Positions 54,936 through 64,000 of a DNA stretch of 64,000 nt are shown here, one piece after another. The notes beneath the pieces are model-generated. The model made no database searches, was not told the origin of the DNA, and worked only from the letters and a program-made list of their open reading frames with translations. The position numbers were made by a program, and so were the translations under genes. Source of the stretch: Octopus sinensis (lineage: Eukaryota); NCBI RefSeq assembly GCF_006345805.1, contig NC_043011.1, forward strand, positions 34,112,464-34,176,463. Direction: 5' to 3'. Numbering within the stretch: position 1 is the first letter of the stretch; each line of letters opens with the position of its first letter.

Positions 54936-55345
54936 TTAAAGATCACAATCTCTCCGCTCCATGTCGTAGTCCACCATCCAACCGGGAGGGTGTCTTGCGC
55001 GTCGAGATCTTCTCAAGCTGGGCACCTCGTTCTCCTCCTCTCCAGAATCGTCGTTGGTCGAAGCGACAATCCTGCAAAGGTCCAAGACGTGTCCACGGAG
55101 ACGTTGTTTCTGGAATTGACCGCCGTCACCGTTCCTCTGCTCCATTGAGACGTACAGCGCGCCTTTGGTGGCTTAACCCAGACTTCCTCCCCTATTTTCA
55201 CGCAAACGGGTCCCTTCTCTTCCTCGTGACCCTCCGGCGCTTTGTTCGGGTGCCTCCATTCATATTTGAATACAGCTCTCTGCGGCACAGATTCCTCAGC
55301 TTGTCCAGATCGGGGAGACAAGTTGTACTAAAAAACTGCTTCAAG
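54936..55345 (-). pseudogene. Gypsy integrase C-terminal fragment
   Basis: VPQRAVFKYEWRHP...IGEEVWVKPPKARCTSQWSRGTV...VSVD then, after a frameshift, HVLDL...LRRSRRARHPPGWMVDY; LRRS.R.R.PP.W..DY is a typical gypsy pol tail. Confidence 0.8.
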
Positions 55346-55352
55346 CGGCGAA

Positions 55353-57085
55353 GTATACAAATGAGATATATATCTGTATAAATTAAATTAGAGATAAAAC
55401 CACTAATAGGCAAATCAAACAGTGAAAAACCAAAAACAAAAACATTAAAAAAATATAATATAGAAAATATATAAAATACAAAATTGAAAAATTTAAATTA
55501 TTTAAATTGAAACTTCCTATCGACAACTGTGATTGTCACACGCTGATGATAGGTCAATACCTTGAAACTCGGGTCCGTGTGTATCATAAGTTGAAGACGG
55601 GAAGGATGGCTTCCCTTTGCAAATACTGATAGAGCACAGAAAGTGTGTCTATAGCCAGCTGGAGGAGATGTCTTCCTGGTTTAAAAAACTACAGTAGCAT
55701 CCACCCTTAGGGGTTAGCCATATTCAAATGGCATATTTACATCACGATGTGTTTCTGCTACTGTTGATAACTCACTCTGATATTTATCATTGTTTGATTT
55801 CACTTTTTCAATATCAGTGTCACTGAACACTGGAAAAAGTATATGTATTTGTAAAGAGAACCTCCTTCCCATCGACAACTGTGATTGTCACACGCTGACG
55901 ATAGGTCAATACCTTGAAACTCGGGTCCGTGTGTATCATAAGTTGAAGACGGGAAGGATGGCTTCCCTTTGCAAATACTGATAAGGCACAGAAAGTGTGT
56001 CTATAGCCAGCTGGAGGAGATGTCTCCCTAGGGCTAAAAACTACAGTAGCATCCACCCTTAGGGGTTAGCCATATTCAAATGGCATATTTACATCACGAA
56101 AAATTATTAAATTATATTTATAATTTGTTTAAAAATATATATAACTATGAAAAAGTTTAATATACATAAATACAGATATATACACTTTGTATATATACAT
56201 TATATATACATATTTATATATAGAACACACAGACACACACACACACACATACATTATATATACATATTCATATATAGAACACACACACACACACACAGCG
56301 CGGAAAACGGACGTTAAACGATGATGATGCTTTATATATAGAACACACACACATATATAAATGAACGCAAGAATATCTGATTCATGATATTTGTTCTCAT
56401 GCTCGTATGTTGTTGGTGACAGACAGATACATAAAAGAACACCGACGTGATGGGAAGGTAGGAAACAGAGTGAGTGAAAAAGAGAGGAAATAGCGAGATT
56501 GATTTTAGGAAGACAGATACTTTAAATAAAGGTAGTGGACTTGTCAAAGTTATAAATGAGGGGGAGTGAGAGGGTAATGGAGGAAATAGCGTGAGTGAGG
56601 AAGATGGCCCCTAGCAACCACACCTTTTAAGATTGGGATTTCTAAGGTAGCCCACGGGCATCGTCACCTCATTCTACATGTCCCTGTAAATTTTGGAGCG
56701 AATCGGACGGGATGTAGTGGCATTGAAAGCGATCCAGGCGGTAAAAACGCATTTCAGTTTTATATATAGACTAGCTGAAGGTGACCCGCTCTACGCGCGG
56801 GTAAGAGTATGGTTGTTACTTTCTGTTGCTTCCTTTCAGCACGTAAAAAGCACCATCCGAACGTGGCCGATTGCAGCGCCGCCTTGACTTGCTTCTGTGC
56901 CGCTGACACGTAAAAAGCACCAACCGATCGTTGCCGCTGCCAGCCCCCCTGGCACCTGTGCCGGCGGCACGAAAAAACCACCCACTACGCTCACAGAGTG
57001 GTTGGCGTTAGGAAGGTCATCCACCTGTAGAAACACTGCCAGATCAGACTGGAGCCTGGTGCAGCCTCCTGGCTTCCCAGACCCC
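55353..57085. repeat. Dispersed duplication copy A (partner 59090-60210), containing a 586-bp extra insert
   Basis: Collinear from GTATACAAATGAGATATATATCTG to CTTCCCAGACCCC; scattered substitutions. Confidence 0.9.
55513..56098. repeat. Insert made of 1.66 copies of a 352-bp unit
   Basis: ATCGACAACTG at 55519 and 55871; ACATCACG ending at 55746 and 56098; absent from copy B. Confidence 0.9.
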
Positions 57086-57975
57086 GGTCACACTGTCCAA
57101 CCCGTGCTAGCACGGAAAATGGACGTTAAACGATGATGATGATGATGATGATTCCCCGTCTTTGTTTCTCTCTCCTTTCTCACTCACTTTCCCACTCTCT
57201 TACTTTTCTTTTCTCTCGGACTCTCCCTCGCTTTCTCTTACTCTCTATCTTTATCTATCTCTCTCCCATTTATAAACAACAGAAGATCTTGAGTAAGTTG
57301 AGAAATAAAATATTTAGAATGATCAATCATAAATATCAGGCAGTGGCAACGGAAAGGTCTGCTTCAAGGCAGACAGCAAGACGCTAACATTTAAAAGGGA
57401 CAGACGAACTTGCGAGCTGAATAAAAATAATAAAATATTGGAAACCAAAGTTTGAAGGGATAGAATCTGAGGATAGTAGAGTCACCATGGCTGGCATTTC
57501 TTAACGACGGACAACAACGTATTGACAGTTTAACGGCTGGCGTAAAATTTTGAACTTGATGTAAAAGAAAATTCGTAAACACCAAGTGATTCTTTCTCAC
57601 GACAATAGACTCACCATGGCAAGCATTCAAAACTTCTTTATCATGGACGGCAACACATTGACGATTAAAAGGCTGGCGCAAATTTTTTAGCTTGATGTAA
57701 CAGAGAATTCCTAAACACCCGCTCCTTGAAATTTTAATCCCCTTCCAGCCCCATTTAGACCCCTTTTCACATTTTGGTTAATATAACCCGATTTCTTTCG
57801 GGTCTACTGGGGCCACATTTTATAAGATGAGGAATTTGTCCTAGAGGTGACGCCTTTCATTTGAGGAAAAAAATAGTTGTCATGCAAACTTGCCAGCACC
57901 TTTAACATGGGTGTGCATATTTTCAGCTGAATCGACCGACTACGTAATGCACACATTTTATATATATATATATAT
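56400..57975 (+). mobile_element. Head-to-tail Helitron/Helentron-like non-autonomous elements
   Basis: 3'-type end AAATTTTGGAGCGAATCGG...TTTTATATATATAGACTAG runs directly into a 5'-type start TAGCTGAAGGTGACCCGCTCTACGCGCGGG; second 3'-type end TTTTCAGCTGAATCGACCG...CATTTTATATATA near 57960; internal repeat of about 130 bp at 57476-57720. Confidence 0.5.
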
Positions 57976-57977
57976 AT

Positions 57978-58880
57978 ACAGGTGGGCTGAGGACAACAAC
58001 ATGCAGTTTAATGCAGGTAAGTTCCAGGCCCTGCGCTACTGGCACACAAAGGTAAATGACGTGAAGACTGGATACACTGGCCCAGGAAGAATTGCAATCC
58101 CTGAGTCAAAATCAGTGCGTGACCTGGGCATTGACATGAGCAATGATGCATCTTTCCAAATGCATATTGCTAATCTGGTGATAAAATGCAGACGGCTAGC
58201 TGGATGGATTCTCCGAACTTTCAGAACAAGAGAGAAGGAGACACTGATGGTCCTATGGAAAACATTTGTCCTCAGCCGCTTGGACTACTGCTCCAACTTT
58301 GGTCACCACACAATATAAAACAAACAGCAGAACTCGAAGCAACTCAGAGAAGCTACACAAAGAAAATCGTCTCAATGCAAAATGTCAGCTACTGGGAAAG
58401 ACTGAAGGTATTAAACCTCTTCTCCCTGGAGCGGAGGCGGGAGAGATATGCAGTGATATACATCTGGAAAATCCTGGAGGGTCTTGTCCCAAACTTTGGC
58501 ATTCAAAGTTACTCCAACCGCAGAACGGGGCGCCGCTGCGTGGTGCCAAGGATTCCAACATCACCATCAAAATACAGGTCCAGATACTGCAACAGCTTGG
58601 GTTTCAGAGGACCACAGCTCTTTAACATCCTCCCTAAATGCCTGAGAGACTTACATGGTGTGGATGTGGGTTTCTTTAAAACTAAACTGGATCTCTTCTT
58701 GTTGGGAGTCCCAGATGAACCTACCTCACGACAGGAGACACGGATGCGGGCAGCAGCATCGAACTCCCTTGTTGATCAAGTGCCACGTATCAGAGGTGGA
58801 TTCACAAACTAGTGTAGCTCATTCAGCGGTGGTGCCCCAGCATGGCCGCGGCCTTCGGGCTAAAACATTTTTAAGGATTT
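57978..58880 (+). mobile_element. 5'-truncated CR1-clade LINE (ORF2 C-terminus plus 3' UTR)
   Basis: WAEDNNMQFNAGKFQ...VRDLGI...GWILRTF...LDYCS(fs)QLWSP...LEATQR...SYWERLKVLNLFSLERRR; one -1 frameshift near 58295; stop at 58812; TTTAAGGA repeated at the tail. Confidence 0.9.
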
Positions 58881-58882
58881 AA

Positions 58883-58984
<102 letters not shown>

Positions 58985-59001
58985 TGTGTGTGTGTGTGTG
59001 T

Positions 59002-59039
<38 letters not shown>

Positions 59040-59089
59040 TGTATATATATATATGTGTGTGTGTGTGTGCACGCATTATATATACAAAT

Positions 59090-60210
59090 GTATACAAATG
59101 AGATATATATCTGTATAAATTAAATTAGAGATAAAACCACTAATAGGCAAATCAAACAGTGAAAAACCAAAAACAAAAACATTAAAAAAAAAATATAATA
59201 TAGAAAATATAACATTGAAAAATTTAAATTATTTAAATTGAAAATAAAAATTATTAAATTACATTTATAATTTGTTAAAAAATATATATAACTATGAAAA
59301 AGTATGAAAAAGTTTAATATACATAAATACAGATATATACACTTTGTATATATACATTACATATACATATTTATATATAGAACACACACACACATACATT
59401 ATATATATATATTTATATATAGAACACATACACACACACACATACATTATATATACATATTTATATATAGAACACACACACACATATATAAATGAACGCA
59501 AGAATAGCTGATTCATAATATTTGTTCTCATGCTCATGTGTTGTTGGTGACAGACAGATACTTAAAAGAACGCCGCCGACGTGATGGGAAGGTAGGAAAC
59601 AGAGTCAGTGAAAAAGAGAGGAAATAGCGAGAGTGACAGATACTTTAAATAACGGTAGTTGCATTGTCAAACTTATATATGAAGAGGAGTGAGAGGGTAA
59701 CGGAGGAAATAGCGTGAGTGAGGAAGATGGCCCCTAGCAGCCACACCTTTTAAGATAGGGATTTCTAAAGTAGCCCACGAGCATCGTCACCTCATTCTAC
59801 ATGTCCCTGTAAATTTTGGAGCGAATCGGACGGGATGTAGTGGCATTGAAAGCGATCCAAGCGGTAAAAACGCATTTCAGTTTTATATATAGAGACTAGC
59901 TGAAGGTGACCCGCTCTACGCGCGGGTAAGAGTGTGGTTGTTACTTTCTGTTGCTTCCTTTCAGCACGTAAAAAGCACCATCCGAATGTGGCCGATTGCA
60001 GCGCCGCCTTGACTGGCTTCTGTGCTGGTGGCACGTAAAAAGCACCAACCGATCGTGGCCGCTGCCAGCCCCCCTGGCACCTGTGCCGGCGGCACGAAAA
60101 AAGCACCCACTACGCTCACAGAGTGGTTGGCGTTAGGAAGGGCATCCACCTGTCGAAACACTGCCAGATCAGACTGGAGCCTGGTGCAGCCTCCTGGCTT
60201 CCCAGACCCC
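59090..60210. repeat. Dispersed duplication copy B
   Basis: Matches 55353-57085 without the 586-bp insert. Confidence 0.9.
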
Positions 60211-60232
60211 TGAAGCAGACCTTTCCTTTGTA

Positions 60233-60432
60233 ACTAATTTGCATACCGAAAATTTTTAACCACTTTATAAACTCTATATATACTCAACAAATACAGCATC
60301 TATTCTATGCAGGAGTCCCTAATTTGCATACCAAAAATTTTTAACCACTCTATAAACTCTATATATACTCAACAAATACAGCATTTAATTCTATGCAGGA
60401 GTCCCTAATTTGCATACCGAAAATTTTTAACC
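60233..60432. repeat. 85-86 bp tandem repeat, about 2.3 copies
   Basis: CTAATTTGCATACC(G/A)AAAATTTTTAACC at about 60235, 60320 and 60405. Confidence 0.9.
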
Positions 60433-60884
60433 GTCGTCGTCATCATCATCCTCATCAATTAACGTCTGTTTTCCATGTTGGTATGGGTTGGACAGTTTGA
60501 AATCTTGGAGAGCCAGCAGCTGCAACAGGCTCCAATCTAGTCTAGCACAATTTCTACAGCTAGATGCCCTTCCTAACGCCAACTATTCTGAGAGTGTAGT
60601 GGGTGCTCTTTATGTCCCATCGGCACAGGAGCCAGCTAGCGGGGCACCGGATCCCAGCTACGGTACTGGTTTTACTTGACTCAAGCATACTGCAAGCTTA
60701 CGCATGTCCTCGGCATTCATGGCCCATGTTTCACTACCGTATAGCATGGCAGTTCACACACATGCATCATACAGTCCACCTTTCCCCCTGAGTGAGAGGC
60801 CATTAGCTGCCAGCAGAGGTAGGAGCTCCCTGAATTTGCCCAGGCTATTATTACTCTAGTCGCTACACTCGCAGAGCAATTACT

Positions 60885-62700
60885 CCCACTACATACTTAG
60901 TCGCCTAGGTAGTAGAAAGTATTTACTACTTCTAGTTTCTTCCCCAGGCATGTAATGGAAGCTGTTTTCTGAACATCTTCAGTGTTTATTGCCCCACTGC
61001 ATCTGCCACACACAAGAAATAATTTTCCCAGTTAACCTTCCTTTGATATTGCTGCACCTTTTATGTGTCCATAGCTTACACCGGGTGCATCGTATGGAGT
61101 TTCTACCAATGCCTTTTCTACAGAGGAGTTTGTGATTTGACAGCCTACACACTAACTAAAACTTTGGTTTTGCTTAGGTTAACCCTAAGGCCATTCAGTT
61201 CTAGACTTTGCTTCCACGCCCTAACCTTTGGCTCCAGTTCCGGCAGTGACTCTGCTATTAGTGCAAGGTCATCAGCATAGAGGAGCTCCCAGGGGCAGCC
61301 TGTCTTGAATTCCTCTGTTATTGCCTGGAGGACTATAATGAATAAGAGGGGGCTGAGGACTGATCTTAGGTTGACCCTTACCCCTACCCGATATTCTTCA
61401 CTGTACTCGTTGCCAACCCTCACCTTACTGTACATGGCTTGTACAGCTCTCAATAAACATTCATCCGTCCCTAGTCTCCTCATTGACCACCAGATAGGGG
61501 ATCGGGGGACCCTGTCAATGAAAGCCAGGTACAGAGTTTTATCTTGTACTAGGTATTTCTCCTGCATCTGTCTTATCAGAAATATAGCATCAGTGGTGCT
61601 TTTCCCTGGCACGAACCGAAACTGCATCTCATCTAGACTGCCTCTCTCCCTAATTACTTAGGCTATGACCCTCTCCGTGACCTTCATTACCTGATCCAAC
61701 AACTTGATACCTCTGTAATTATTTGTATCTAATGTGTCACCTTTACCTTTGTTAGCAGTTGACTATGGTACTGCTACACCAGTCATTGGGCATGATTCCT
61801 TCATGTATCATCTGGTTGACTAGGCTATAGCCGACACCGCCAGATATTTTGAGCATCTCTGTGGTGATTCCTGATTGTCCGGGGGGGCTTTCCCTGTCTT
61901 CATACCCTTAATTGCTTTACCTACCAAGGCACTGTCAATTTGGATAGATAGCTGGTCCCTCTGTTGGACCGGCATTCGACAGACTCTCTTTCTCACATTC
62001 ATTCACTTTATTTAGCAAACTTTCATAATGGCGTCTCCAAACCTGTCTTTTTGCAGCTTTGTTTAAAGCAAGTGAACCATCACCCATGCGGACACATTTC
62101 TCTCCTAGGACGTCGCAATTCTCTCTCACACACTGTCTTGCAACAGAAAAATACTTCAAGTCTTTGGTCCTCACGGCACAGAACATTGGCAAATTTTTCC
62201 TTATCTGCTTCCCCTCTGGCTAAATAAACCTGTCTCCAAGCTTCCCTTTTGGCAGTCTGATACAATTCCCTGCTACCACCGGTCTTCAAGTCCTTCAAAG
62301 CCTGTTTCTTTTCCTTACTAGCCCTGTCAACAACATTGTTCCACCACCACATTACCTTGGGTTGAAAGGAGACTTTGCACCATCCACAGATCTGGTCACT
62401 AGCCCTCAAAAGGTTGTCCTGTAGAAACCTCCAGTTGTCTTCCACAGCTTTGAGTAATATGTCTCTCAATCTCTTTTTGCAGGATCCTTAAGCTTCCAGA
62501 CCCTTCTCCTCCATTCTGGTCGTCTTCTGGGCATCCATTTAGCCCTGATCCTGAAGTCGCTAACTACTAATCTATGTTGTGGGGTACATTCTTCACCTGG
62601 GAAGGTTTGGGCATTTACAAGTAGTTGTCTTTCCTGTTTCCTGGTGAGGATGTAGTCAATTGGACTAGTGTGTCTACCAGATTGGTAGGTGACTAAATGG
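60885..62700 (-). pseudogene. RTE/RTEX-clade LINE ORF2 fragment (endonuclease end, RT domains, Cys-rich insert)
   Basis: QFRFVPGKSTTDAIFLIRQMQEKY...LYLAFID...GVRVNLRSVLSPLLF...WELLYADDLAL...LRVNLSKTKV, followed by NSIRCTRCKLWTHKRCSNIKG..VCGRC; frameshifted. Confidence 0.9.
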
Positions 62701-64000
62701 TCCTGAATATGCTAATGAATTACCATTTAGTAATTATGATACTTCTACAATTGAAGATAATTTTAATAAATAATGAATTTATGTATTATGGTATTTGATA
62801 CTTGTCAATTGTCTACATTGTTCACATAAATGCCAGTACCAGGCAGAGGTGGTTTCCAGCAGTAAGAGAAGCTTAAGAAGAAATAAATGGAAATTTGTCG
62901 GCAGAACAAAGTTAGTAACCATAAGTCACCTCTTACACTCTCAGTGTTGTGATGAGAGTCAAGGTACCCTCTTGTGAGGAATGGATTGAACCGAGAGAGT
63001 GTATGTAGTTTGTGTTATTTCATAGTGAAGTTCGAGAGTGTGGCTTGGTTTGTTCATTTGGAATATTTGTTCGTTCTTGAGAGATAGTTACATTGTTATT
63101 GCTGCTGCATTATCTTATTTTATCACACTGGTACCACATATTTTAGGCCATTATCCCAATAGTGGTGGTACTACTATATTGGATACAAACCATGTTACAG
63201 CATCTGGCGACAAAAGGCTCGAAGATCACGTAGCATGTAATTCACCTGCAAACTAAGCATTAAATTCTTTCTTACCAGATTGTCAGCCTTCTGAAATTCC
63301 CTTGCCCATGTTATTTCCTCTGCAGCCATCCACACATTTTATTCGAGATCAACTACATCAATCTTACCAGTTTTGAAGGCACAGCTCTTGCCTTTTGTCT
63401 CAGAAGGAATGCAAAAGGCAAGGATACAGCCCCCTTTATCCAGCCAAATTGTTCAAATAAAACATGGGAAAAAAAACAACCCAAACACCCACAACTATTC
63501 CTGTGAATTAGTAAGCTGTATACTATATCAAACTGAGCCTACATCATCATCTTTAACATGTCTCACAGCTAGAACCTTATACTAAATATTTTATCCAATC
63601 ATTTATCTCCAGAATGGCAGCCTCTACATGGAATCACATTCTCATCAGACATTAATTTACACAAGTTGAAAAAAGATATCATCTACATTCACATGACCAG
63701 TTTAGGAAAGCCTGCAGATGTTCTCTTGCTCGCACTATATAATAGTACTAACAAGAATTTCTAACAAAGGCACATAGCCAAAAATTTTATAGGAGGACAT
63801 AATGTCAACTATATCGACCCACTCCTTATCTAGTATTTTATTTCATTGCCCACAGAAACAGAGAAATGTGAAGTGTGTTGACAATGCTAACTAACCCTTT
63901 CATGACTTAAATTCTGATAGGTAAACTGTTTCATTAAATCTCTAGTGCCAGTTTAGCATACAGTAAATGTGGCCATTTACAATTTAGCATGCTATCTGAT

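Noticed and set aside
60233-60432. CRISPR-like regular repeats (also considered for 55513-56098 and 57476-57720)
   Set aside because: Whole units repeat with no unique spacers, there are no cas genes, and the context is eukaryotic.
62800-63700. Less AT-rich block with short ORFs
   Set aside because: No motif recognised in any frame; may be an old TE but cannot be assigned.

Overview
This is AT-rich, microsatellite-dense animal genomic DNA with no prokaryotic features. The SINE repertoire suggests an octopus or other coleoid cephalopod (inference from recalled families, not from a search). Most ORFs in the supplied track are microsatellite or SINE artefacts. Supported content includes dozens of SINE copies in about four families, a TIR-bounded DD41D (rosa-type) Tc1/mariner relic, a DD34D mariner relic and several MITEs. 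There are also RTE/RTEX and CR1 LINE fragments, a gypsy integrase tail with its 3' LTR, Helitron/Helentron-like head-to-tail elements and two local duplications. A host gene on the minus strand is possible but low-confidence: start-bearing exons at 41-47.5 kb and phase-compatible small exons at 29.2, 17.6 and 11.7 kb. No homolog is recognised. The most notable observations are: (1) a 442-bp gypsy LTR of which about 280 bp is one near-perfect hairpin; (2) an ORF1-only, HAL1-like retroelement inserted with a 16-bp TSD into the tRNA-like head of a SINE and itself carrying another SINE; (3) a CR1 LINE 3' end sharing sequence and a terminal hairpin with the dominant SINE.
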